Below are positions 39,982 through 50,778 of a stretch of 64,000 nucleotides of DNA, piece by piece. Location: contig NC_081356.1 in the NCBI RefSeq assembly GCF_030684315.1, positions 64,092,835 to 64,156,834 of the forward strand, written 5' to 3'. Under the pieces are notes generated by a model that had not been told where the DNA came from, ran no database searches, and worked only from the letters and a program-made list of their open reading frames with translations. The position numbers were made by a program, and so were the translations under genes. The first letter of the stretch is position 1. Each line of letters starts with the position of its first letter. The stretch is from Stegostoma tigrinum. Taxonomy: Eukaryota.

Positions 39982-41883
39982 GTGGTAGTATGGCGTACTG
40001 ACCTCTACATCGCCGAGGCCAGACGCCAACTTTCCGACACCACCTCCTACCGCCTCCTCGATCATGACCCCACACCCGAGCACCAAACCATCATCTCCAA
40101 CACCATTCATGACCTCATCACCTCAGGGGACCTCCCACCCACAGCCTCCAACCTCATTGTTCCCCAATCCCGCACGGCCCGTTTCTATCTCCTTCCCAAA
40201 ATCCACCAACCTGCCTGCCCCGGTCGACCCATCGTCTCAGCCTGCTCCTGCCCCACCGAACTCATCTCCACCTATCTGGACTCCATTTTCTCCCCTTTGG
40301 TCCAGGAACTCCCCACCTATGTCCGTGACACCACCCACGCCCTCCACCTCCTCCAGGACTTCCAATTCCCTGGCCCCCAACACCTCATATTCACCATGGA
40401 CGTCCAGTCCCTGTACACCTGCATTCCGCATGGAGATGGCCTCAAGGCCCTCCGCTTCTTCCTGTCCCGCAGGCCCGACCAGGCCCCCTCCACCGACACT
40501 CTCATCCGCCTAGCGGAATTCGTCCTCACACTCAACAACTTCTCTTTTGACTCCTCCCACTTCCTACAGACTAAGGGGGTGGCCATGGGCACCCGCATGG
40601 GCCCCAGCTATGCCTGCCTCTTTGTAGGTTACGTGGAACAGTCCATCTTCCGCACCTACACAGGCCCCAAACCCCACCTCTTCCTCCGGTACATTGATGA
40701 CTGTATCGGCGCCGCCTCTTGCTCCCCAGAGGAGCTCGAACAGTTCATCCACTTCACCAACACCTTCCACCCCAACCTTCAGTTCACCTGGGCCATCTCC
40801 AGCACATCCCTCACCTTCCTGGACCCCTCAGTCTCCATCTCAGGCAACCAGCTTGTAACTGATGTCCATTTCAAGCCCACCGACTCCCACAGCTACCTAG
40901 AATACACCTCCTCCCACCCACCCTCCTGCAAAAATTCCATCCCCTATTCCCAATTCCTCCGCCTCCGCCGCATCTGCTCCCACGATAAGACATTCCACTC
41001 CCGCACATCCCAGATGTCCAAGTTCTTTAAGGACCGCAACTTTCCCCCCACGGTGATTGAGAACGCCCTTGACCGCGTCTCCCGCATCTCCCGCGACACA
41101 TCCCTCACACCCCGCCCCCGCCACAACCGCCCCAAGAGGATCCCCCTCGTTCTCACACACCACCCTACCAACCTCCGGATACAACGCATTATCCTCCGAC
41201 ACTTCCGCCATTTACAATCCGACCCCACCACCCAAGACATTTTTCCATCCCCTCCCCTGTCTGCTTTCCGGAGAGACCACTCTCTCCGTGACTCCCTTGT
41301 TCGCTCCACACTGCCCTCCAACCCCACCATACCCGGCACCTTCCCCTGCAACCGCAGGAAATGCTACACTTGTCTCCACACCTCCTCCCTCACCCCCATC
41401 CCAGGCCCCAAGATGACATTCCACATTAAGCAGAGGTTCACCTGCACATCTGCCAATGTGGTATACTGCATCCACTGTACCCGGTGCGGCTTCCTCTACA
41501 TTGGGGAAACCAAGCGGAGGCTTGGGGACCGCTTTGCAGAACACCTCCGCTCAGTTCGTAACAAACAACTGCACCTCCCAGTCGCAAACCATTTCCACTC
41601 CCCCTCCCATTCTCTTGATGACATGTCCATCATGGGCCTCCTGCACTGCCACAATGATGCCACCCGAAGGTTGCAGGAACAGCAACTTATATTCCGCCTG
41701 GGAACCCTGCAGCCATATGGTATCAATGTGGACTTCACCAGTTTCAAAATCTCCCCTTCCCCCACTGCATCCCTAAACCAGCCCAGTTCATCCCCTCCCC
41801 CCACTGCACCACACAACCAGCCCAGCTCTTCCCCCCCACCCACTGCATCCCAAAACCAGTCCAACCTGTCTCTGCCTCCCTAA
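39982..41883 (+). CDS. PLE polyprotein (RT + Cys linker + GIY-YIG endonuclease), N-terminally truncated
   Basis: FYLLPKIH, GRPIVS, MDVQSLYT, GVAMGTRMGPSYA, RYIDD, CNRRKCYTC, VVYCIHC..CGFLYIGETKR, LGTLQP.GIN; no true ATG start. Confidence 0.93.
   Translation: MVVWRTDLYIAEARRQLSDTTSYRLLDHDPTPEHQTIISNTIHDLITSGDLPPTASNLIVPQSRTARFYLLPKIHQPACPGRPIVSACSCPTELISTYLDSIFSPLVQELPTYVRDTTHALHLLQDFQFPGPQHLIFTMDVQSLYTCIPHGDGLKALRFFLSRRPDQAPSTDTLIRLAEFVLTLNNFSFDSSHFLQTKGVAMGTRMGPSYACLFVGYVEQSIFRTYTGPKPHLFLRYIDDCIGAASCSPEELEQFIHFTNTFHPNLQFTWAISSTSLTFLDPSVSISGNQLVTDVHFKPTDSHSYLEYTSSHPPSCKNSIPYSQFLRLRRICSHDKTFHSRTSQMSKFFKDRNFPPTVIENALDRVSRISRDTSLTPRPRHNRPKRIPLVLTHHPTNLRIQRIILRHFRHLQSDPTTQDIFPSPPLSAFRRDHSLRDSLVRSTLPSNPTIPGTFPCNRRKCYTCLHTSSLTPIPGPKMTFHIKQRFTCTSANVVYCIHCTRCGFLYIGETKRRLGDRFAEHLRSVRNKQLHLPVANHFHSPSHSLDDMSIMGLLHCHNDATRRLQEQQLIFRLGTLQPYGINVDFTSFKISPSPTASLNQPSSSPPPTAPHNQPSSSPPPTASQNQSNLSLPP
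41761..41868 (+). repeat. Three 39-bp tandem units (PTASxNQPSSSPP) at the PLE ORF C-terminus
   Basis: Repeated cccactgca...aaccag units. Confidence 0.85.
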
Positions 41884-42107
41884 CCGGTTCTTCCTCTCAC
41901 CCATCCCTTCCTCCCACCCCAAGCCGCACCCCCAGCTACCTACTAACCTCATCCCACCTCCTTGACCTGTCCGTCTTCCCTGGACTGACCTATCCCCTCC
42001 CTACCTCCCCACCTACACCCTCTCCACCTATCATCTTTACTCTCCATCTTCGGTCCGCCTCCCCCTCTCTCCCTATTTATTCCAGTTCCCTCCCCCCATC
42101 CCCCTCT

Positions 42108-42135
42108 CTGATGAAGGGTCTAGGCCCGAAACGTC
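42108..42135 (+). ncRNA. Minimal hammerhead ribozyme motif (Neptune-type PLE)
   Basis: CUGAUGA-a-GGGU(cuag)GCCC-GAAAC-GUC. Confidence 0.75.
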
Positions 42136-42239
42136 AGCTTTTGTGCTCCTGAGATGCTGCTTGGCCTGCTGTGTTCATCCAGCCCCACATTTTATTATCT
42201 TGGAATCTCCAGCATCTGCAGTTCCCATTATCACAGAAA

Positions 42240-42760
42240 TAGACCAGTTGGTCCCTCAAGCCGTGTATTCTAGATTATTTATTTTACACCCATTTTCTCC
42301 ATATCTTTTGGTGTCGTCAGAAGCTAGAAATCTATTGATCTATGTTTTGAACTTAGCGAAATGATTAAACTTCTACAGGTCTCTGAGTTGAGAATTTATA
42401 AGTTTCACCATTCTGAATGAAGAAGTCCTTCGTCATTTCAGCCCTAAATAACTTTAGTTTTTAATTCTGAGGCTGTGTCCTGTTTCTTAATCCCATAAGA
42501 AGGGGAAAACATCCTTTCTGAATCTTCCGTGTCTTTCCCTTTAAGAATTTTGTAAGTTTCTCCGAGATTGCCTCTTATTCTTCTATAATCTAGAAATCGC
42601 AGGCCCAGTCTCCTCTTGTAGGACAATCTCACCACCAAAGGAGGTAGTCTGGTAAACCTCTGTAACTTCACCTAATGTACGCATATCCTTGCTTACTCAA
42701 TCGGACCAGACCTGCAAACACTACTTCAGGCATGGTCAACCAGCTTTTCACACAAACAAA
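42240..42760 (-). mobile_element. Old CR1 3' fragment
   Basis: RRIRGNLGETYKILKG on the minus strand. Confidence 0.65.
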
Positions 42761-45700
42761 GTAAGACTTCTTTGCAGCTAATCCCACTCCTATTGAATAC
42801 CAGTTTAATGAACACAGATACTAAATTGAAGCAGGAGCAGGACCTCTTTGCGTCTGTTTCAAGTATCAACAAGCTCATCAGTTTAATTTGGATCAGCTAT
42901 TTATGACACCATTTTAACTCCAAGGCAACTTGACTACGAATCTGAAATTTTCTCATCAGTCCTTTTTGGCTTATGGGATATAGGCATTGATGACTCCTAC
43001 CCCTGGGAATTCAATGAGAGTGAGTGTGAATGTGGAGTCATTAAATGGGATGTGAGGAGCTCAGAAATAGTGAGTAGAGCTCTGCTGTGTGTTATTTTGA
43101 AGAAAGTTATGCAGGACAATGCTGGGGAAGGCAAAATATCAACCATAGCACACCTACCTTGCTGCAGTCACTTGCCTTGCTGCCCTGAGGTTCTTGAAGA
43201 TGATTTTCTCAGTCAGTTTCAAGGGTGCATATTTTTGCCACTAATTTATTTGGCTTCTTCCATGCACACTTGATCTGTGGGGCTTGTCTCTTTCTCCACT
43301 TTTGGGAGTTCTCACCCTAGCACAGTTCTTCAGATCTTGCAACAGGATCTTCAGGAACCTGTGGTTACTGCAGCCTCAAGACTCAATGTCCAGTTAAATC
43401 TTTGACCCATATTTATTGTAATTAGCTGTAGTTCTTTGGATAGTTGATTACTCATCCTACTCAGTCGAATGATTAGGAAATCTAGATGTGGGATGATAAT
43501 GGCTTGACTTGGGTTAAGAGCCACAGCATAGTCTGCTGCAGGACCCCATGGAGCCCTGCCCTTTGAAGCAGCTCCAGCTCAAGCAAAATTCTCCCCTTGA
43601 TAGCAGCTTTGAACTCTGACCCTACTAAATCCATCATAGAACTCAGTTCAGTTAGATCATCACTGACTATCAATCATGATACTATTGCAAATATATTTTT
43701 ATTTTGATGTTGCTAGTTTACTCATTATTGTTGGCTGGAGATTTTAGAAAAATGCAGTGCAGTTTCCGTGCCCAAGAGCATAGCTGCACACTCCTCCCTT
43801 TTGAGTAATATCTTATAATAGGAACTGCCTAAGTAAACATTCTGTGTCAGGAAAACTACATGAAAACATTTGTGGCCAATTTGCTATCATATGGCATCTG
43901 ATATTTGTTGGATTTGCTATGGCATGTGTAAAAGCTTAAAATCTTTTGAGACAAGTTGCAGAATCTAAGAGATCATGTTTCAGAAAGGTAAACCAAGCAT
44001 CTGAGATCTGAGTGATCATGACAACCATTATTTTCCCTTTATGTTTGAGAAGGATAGGAAAGTCAAAATGCAAGAGTTTAACATCAAAATATGTATAAAA
44101 GGGAAATAATGACCTGTTCAAGAGAAGAAAACAGGAAATGTAGTAGAAATTACAGAAGTAAAAATGAAGAAAAATCCCCAATAACTAAAATCTGAAAACC
44201 GAAGATTTCTGATGGCAAATTTTCACTGGCAGAGATATTGATTAGCCATGGTTAGCACTTACACTTTTAACAATGTGCTATCTGGACTGAAGGAAGCTTC
44301 GGCTGAAGTGGTCAACATTTAACTTTTTGTGTTGAATTTAATTACATTGTTTAATTAGTGGACAGTCTTTGAAATCCTGTGTTTTAGCTGGCCTTATCAA
44401 AAGATGCTGTTGCACTTGTTTATTGATAATGTTCAACGCTATTTTGATAGTAAATTGCGACCTATGTCACTACAGTGTTTTGATGACCCACTTCAATCCA
44501 TTTAGAAAGCCTCTTGCGCACAATGTTGCCTTGGTAATTAATTCCTGAAGTAGATTTCCTGTTTGATTTACAGCAGTAATAATTCACTAATTTGGATAGA
44601 GCTTGTAAAAACTCTGTAAAAGATTAGGTAATTTTAATTGATTTTGCTGCAGAATTGTTCAGTTTTGTGTTTTTGGCATTTGTTGAAGATTCAATTTTCC
44701 TCTGAAAGCTGTCAGACTCAAGGTTAAAATTCCTATCCTCCAGTTAGACTGGAATTGATGAAGGAAGGCTCTCCAAATTGCAGTCATTTTCTTTACTCGG
44801 GCAGCAGTAAGCATGTTAAAAGTTTTCTTCATGTCAAAAACTAATTTGTAGAAAAGCTAACTGATGAATAGTTGCAAGTCGTAAATAATTTATTGTTTTA
44901 TAACAATTTCTGTTAAGTCAGAATTTTTCAAGGTTTATTTTGTAGCTAGTACTGCATTAATGTAACAACAAAACTGGACCTGGTTACCACCCTTCTTTTT
45001 TTCTCGATATGAAAATGTGTGTATGTTGTGTTGCTTGAATTCTGCTAGTTCATGGAGCATTTCACAATGATGATTATGCAAAAAAAATCAGAAACTTGAC
45101 CCGTTATCCAAAAATGCTGTTTTTGTTACAATTTCTCTATTTGAGCCAACTGGAAGTTCTGCCAAATGATATCACAAATAAGGCTTCAGACAAATGTTCT
45201 AATCCATGCATATTTCATAAGTTGAATTTTTGAAGCAAAGCCTCTAAATTGTGCCTATGTCTTGTTGGGTTAAAAGTGGAAAACTTTCTAATTATTGGTG
45301 CCTATGAGAAATGCAGCAATGGAAGGTAAGAAACTAAAGAGATTGTATTTCCAGGAATCAAATACAAAACATGCAAGTGCAAATTTAATAATCAGTCATC
45401 TTGAATAGTTTCGAAATAGTACTGTCAGTGCTGCCTACCCTGAAATATTCAGCCCATATCCCCCATACCACTTCAGTTAGATCCTAGATATTCACTTGTG
45501 AGCCAAGTACCATTTTTCATTTCTGTTCTATCGTTTAGTAGATCTTAAATGCTAACTGACACCAGTGACAGCAATGCATGGTTTTCAAAGAGTGATCCCC
45601 ATAACAGCTCTTTAACAGCCCAGGTCCACATGCTAGTGCTGCCATTTCCTGCACTCCTGTGACTGTCCTAATGTAGTTAATGGCATTTCACTTTTTTGGT

Positions 45701-46569
45701 ACAAGTGAACAATAGATATGCAACTTCCATCTGGTACATCTCATATTTTTGTCTTCTAAAATTGCTAGTGGATGCATGGTGAGGTAGAATATGCCAGTCA
45801 GTTATAATTGTCTTATTAATGAAGGACTGTGAAATCCAATCCCCATAATTGAAATTAGAAGATCAGAATGCAATTTGATAAAAAATAGGATTTGTCTTAA
45901 TCACTGTAAATGAGTGATCCTCTGTCTCTTGCGTTACTATCCCTATTGTTACTGTTTTAGTATCTTATGGCTCAACATAAGCAACATTACTGGTCATCTA
46001 AGTTAATCTTTAAAAAAAATCAGTGGCGTGCCATCACAATTAACAGCTTGGACAGCATGAATATTAAACCCCAAATCAGATGTGAGGATTTCTGTGCAGT
46101 GATGCACACATGATAAGAATTTGAAAACAGCCTAACTTGGGAAAAGTTACAACATACACAGGATGTTCCATTTTTAAAATATTAAATAAACCAAATCAAC
46201 TCAGTAAAATCCCTGGAGCAATGCAGTGCCCTTGAATGTGGCAGTCATGATTTTAAGGTGGGACACCATTGCTCCTGTCAGCACTATGTGTGTGCCCTTT
46301 TCTCCTGCAAGGTTAAACGAGTAAGAGATGAGGTACTGCTGGCCTCTGACCTTTGCCAGTACCTCATTGACCAAGAAAGCTGTATCTGCCAGTCCTGGAA
46401 AATAGTCAGTAGCTCTGTGGAATTGAGCTTTGCTGAAAGACCAGAAGAATCATGTGCGGGAGCAGCATGACCAGCAGCTTCCTCAGCTGATGTGTGGTAT
46501 ATGTCTACTGGAGGTTGAGTAGCCAGAAGGTACGATCCAATATTGCACAGCATTTTAAAAGAAAAAATT

Positions 46570-47210
46570 GGTTCATGGGATATGGGCATCCCTTGTTTGC
46601 CCACCATTTATTATGTATCCCTAATTGCTCTTGAAGGTAGTGGTGAGCTGCTTTCCTGAGCCAGTTAATTCCTCAGTACTGTTTGGAAGAGAGTTCCATG
46701 ATTTTGGTTCAGTGGTAGTGAAGGAATGGTGTTTATAATCCCAAGTTTTGATGGTATAGAGGGAAGTCTAAACCTGCGAGTGATGGTCTGCTGCACTTAG
46801 GATATAAATGGAAGCTTTAAAAGGAGCTGTTGTAGGATCCTGATGAGTTCATCTACATTCTTTTGTGAATATTGAACAATGCTGATTCTCTGAGTTAGTG
46901 AAGGGAGTGAATTTTGAAGGTGTCATTTGGGTTGCCAGTCAAGCAAACTGGTTGGTGTCAAGCTTCTTAAGTGTTGCCGGAGCTACATACATCCAGGTAG
47001 TTGGGGAAGTGGGGTGTATTCCATCACACTAATGTTTTTTGTGTAAATGGACAGGATTTGGGGAATCAGGAGGTGAGTGGCTTGCTGCAGAGTTCCCAGC
47101 CACAGATTTTTGTTTTCTTGTGCTCACAGCATTTATATGGCTGGTCAGTTCAGTAGCTGGTCATCGGAGTTCAAAGTGTATTAATGGGGTATTCAGCAAT
47201 GATGATGCTC
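46570..47210 (-). mobile_element. Old LINE 3' fragment
   Basis: Reverse match to 24215-25095. Confidence 0.65.
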
Positions 47211-48001
47211 TTCAATAACAAATGGAGATACCAGATCAATAAAATGGGAGGTGGGGGACAGTGGCGGTGTGTGGAGGAGTGGAGAAAGCGGTTAAACAGT
47301 TTTGGACATTGTAACTGGTTCCTCCTGACCATACGTTTGTCTCCCGACAGTCTCAGCAACCTCGATTTCATGTCTGCTTGATTCAGGGATGTGGCCTTCT
47401 CTTGCTACCCTCTAGATAAGGAACTGACTTTGTCTCCCTTCGTAACCTCAAGGATCACCTTCAGATCAGAGTCAGCAGAGTGAGAGCCTACCTTGGGTAC
47501 CATTCTCTTTGTCTTTTAGTCCATCATTGTTATTTCACTGAAGGAACTGAAGCAGCAGTGATAGTAATAGCTGCCATGGTTTGTACTTAATCATTTTCAC
47601 ATCTGTTCTCACCTAGGTGGCTATTAAATGGCCACCTGATCTGCCCTTCAGCCAACTGGTGGCCCATTTTTGTGAAAAGCTGAATCTATGACTGCTTCTC
47701 CCTCTAGACAGGATTGGAACCCAAAAAAAATGGTACCAGCATCTGTCTTCTGAGCCTGAAAGGAAAACCAAACCTATTGTTTCCGTGTAGTAGAGTAGCA
47801 AAGATACTGCAGGTCTTTCGACATGGAGTGTGAGTATTCAAAGACAACTCAACTCCACTTCCTCAATTAAGGATGACTCATCTTTTTCCCAAAATTATTT
47901 CTTCTCGTTGCTAAATAAAATTTGATAATATTTTTCTACCATCGGAATGTCATACCTTTTGTGCAAGCATAAAATTAAGATAGAAGTTAAAAATATGTTC
48001 A

Positions 48002-48194
48002 GACAACAAGATGTAGAGCTGGATGAACACAGCAGGCCAGGCAGCATCAGAGGAGCATTAAAGCTGATGTTTCGGGTAGGGTTCAGACCCGAAACACGAG
48101 CTTTCCTGCTCCTCTGCTGCCTGGCCTGCAGTGTTCATCCAGTTCTACACCTTGTTATCTCAGACTACAGTATCGGTAGTTCCTACTGCCTCTC
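48002..48194. mobile_element. PLE-derived hairpin mini-element
   Basis: Inverted arms with the apex in ribozyme stem II; imperfect TSD aaaaatatgttca / aaaaatacgtcca. Confidence 0.85.
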
Positions 48195-48409
48195 AAAAAT
48201 ACGTCCAACATCTTTTTTGGCCACATTTGCAACAGCTCTTGGAATCTGAACCTCATTAAAGGTATGATCATGCCATTCTTTTTCATACATGGTGTGCATT
48301 ATGGTATTATTGGTTTTCTTTGCTTTTCTCCCATTGAATACCTTGACAGAGAGAACAAGCAGATCTGAGTATTGATTACAGATGAGCTGTGATCTCTTTC
48401 AGCAGTCCA

Positions 48410-48503
48410 CTGAAGAAGGGTCTAGGCCTGAAACATCAGCTTTCCTGCTCCTCTGATCCGCTTGGCCTGTTGGGTTCATCCAGCTCTACACCTGGTTATA
48501 TCA
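48410..48503 (+). mobile_element. Neptune 3'-end fragment beginning at the ribozyme core
   Basis: ctgaagaagggtctaggcctgaaacatcagc...ttcatccagc. Confidence 0.8.
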
Positions 48504-48987
48504 GTGATCAATTATGCAGTTTTACCTTAGATCCTAATATTTATGTGTGTAAGACACTATTTCTTCCCTCACTAATGATAGGGAGAGACCTGTAGGAAAG
48601 CAAAATAAACTGCATATTCAACCTACTCCACTTATTGAACTTTAAATTGAATTACACCACTCTGGTCCCCACTGGGTGTGTGTTTGAGTGATGGTGGGGA
48701 GATTGTGAAGTTTGTACGGGTTGCTGTTGGACTAGCTGAGTCCTGCGAGGGAGAACAATGGAGGCAATAGAAGCTGCTCTGAGGGTTTACTGTTGGGTGG
48801 GGCTGCAGCATAAGTGTAGGTGAACGGTGACTCTGGTGGTTATATCTCCCTGGTAAAGACAGTTGCAAGATGGATGGCTGGGAGCAGCGAAACAGTGCCA
48901 GGTTGATCAGGTAATATCTAGTAGTAAACAATGTTAAAGCGAGTCTCTGACACTGAGATTTTCACTCCTAATAAAATCATTGAAGCA

Positions 48988-49049
48988 AAATTACTTCTAA
49001 AATTACTTCTAAATTACTTCTAAAAACACAGACTTCTAAACACAGACTC
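48988..49049 (+). repeat. Short imperfect tandem repeat (aaattacttct / aaacacagact)
   Basis: Directly visible 11-12 bp units. Confidence 0.8.
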
Positions 49050-49059
49050 TGTGTAATCT

Positions 49060-49224
49060 AGAACAAAAACAAAGTAGCTGGAAAAGCTCAGCAGGTCTGG
49101 CAGCATCCGTGAAGGAAAAAATCAGCGTTAACGTTTTGGGTCCAATGACCCTTCCTCAGGAACCTTTCCCGGCAACTTTTGTTTTTGTTCCTGATTTACA
49201 GCATCCGCAGATCTTTCAGTTTTC
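49060..49224. mobile_element. Inverted mini-element of the second PLE subfamily
   Basis: Inverted gaacaaaaacaaag / cttttgtttttgttc; 14-bp TSD actc(t/a)gtgtaatct at 49046-49059 and 49225-49238. Confidence 0.8.
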
Positions 49225-50778
49225 ACTCAGTGTAATCTTCACGTGCAAATCTTTGAATACTAGGATTTCTGGTTTGATTTGGATAAATGGATTGAAAATT
49301 AGGTCAAGAGCACTGAGGTTTTGTGTAGTATGATGAAGCTGCAATGAGAGTGTCACCAGTTGTAGAGGGAGTTGACAGTAAACCATTGTCTTTAGACTAA
49401 ATATTATGTATTCACAGTGTATAAGGGGATTTGACAGATCAGTTTTTATCATTGTCTTTTGCTGAAATTTTGCAACTTATTAATTGTTATGACATTGTAT
49501 TTGCAGCTTTACTTATAGTAAGAACTACAAGGAACCATTAACACACTTGACCTGCCTAATTGTAAAGTTAAGGAAATGACAACTCCTATTTGGATGATGG
49601 TTTAACTGAATTTTGAGTGAGAGAGACTTGGCTGTACCTTTTTAATTCTCTTCACCTTTTTCATCAAACTTCCAAAAAAGTTGAGCAGTGTGCCCTCTTT
49701 CTTTTTTCGTGGATGCAAACACTGTCAGAAACATTCTGAAACTAGTTATTTGTTCTAAACTTGCTGAAAATGGGCTTTTTAAAAGAAAGACTTCCTTCCT
49801 GATTTTGTGAGAATTTATTTTCTGTTTTTCCATTTTCACCCAGTCATAACTGTCATACCAGACCCAAGTCTCATTTTAAAATATGTAGCACACGTTGAGC
49901 AATTACTAAGCAATTTTGTAGCTCTGTTTACAGTAGAAATGTTGGCATCTGCCTCTGCAATGGGAAAATGAAAGGTGAGAAATCCTAGCTTGTCTCTGAA
50001 CTTGGCTATTCCCTTTGCCTCCATGTGTTTGTTGGATTTAAAGGATACTCAACATATTTAAAGTCTGTTATCTGTCAGAACCTCCCATTTAATTCTCTCC
50101 TCAAGATTTAGAAGGTAGATACCTTGTGGTAAATACTTTTGACATTGCAAGCTTCGTCAGATCAGTTAATGAAACATGCTGCTGCAACACACATCCTGCT
50201 GCTTCTACTTTTGCTGCTTCAACAATAAAACAGTCCATATAACCTCTCGAAGCCCAGATATCCGAAAGGCTTAGGTTTGGAGGTGATATGTAACATTTGA
50301 ATGATGTAAGTGTTGATGATCATCTTGAATATTTGAGTCCGACTATCTTGAATATTTGAGTGTCCGACCACCACCTCTGGTTTTTAGTAGCACCACTAAC
50401 AGAGTTTTGATTTGCCCAAGCAAAATCTGAGGGAGATGTTGTGTCGCCATTTGAGTTTACCTGGATCAACTATATTAACAGTTAGGGATGAGTGGCTTTC
50501 TTCTCGATGCCTTGAAGATACACTACTATCAAAATTGTTCCAGCCAGGATTATGATGTAATATTCCTCATTCAACCTATAGCACAACACAGCTCAGTACC
50601 ATCTAGGAAGAATCAATTCGCTCAGGTGACATATCTTGTACCGGCACCACGTCTGTTGTGAATGCTTTGCATTGTTTTACATGGAGCAACTTAACCAGTT
50701 TACTTAAACAAATACCTATTGTTCTGCAAATTGCACCAAAGAGAATGACAAAAACCAGCAGTTGCAGAAGTGTGATCA

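Larger units (their letters stand above)
39979..42232 (+). mobile_element. Young 5'-truncated Neptune-type Penelope-like retroelement
   Basis: Uninterrupted RT-GIY-YIG ORF, C-rich 3' UTR, hammerhead motif, 3' end ...cagcatctgcagttcccattatc. Confidence 0.95.

Noticed and set aside
40064-41864. Many overlapping alternative-frame and antisense ORFs (also 51324-52712 and 62822-63434)
   Set aside because: Shadows of the C-rich PLE sequence. The 357-aa ORF at 51639 is a chimera across the inversion junction.
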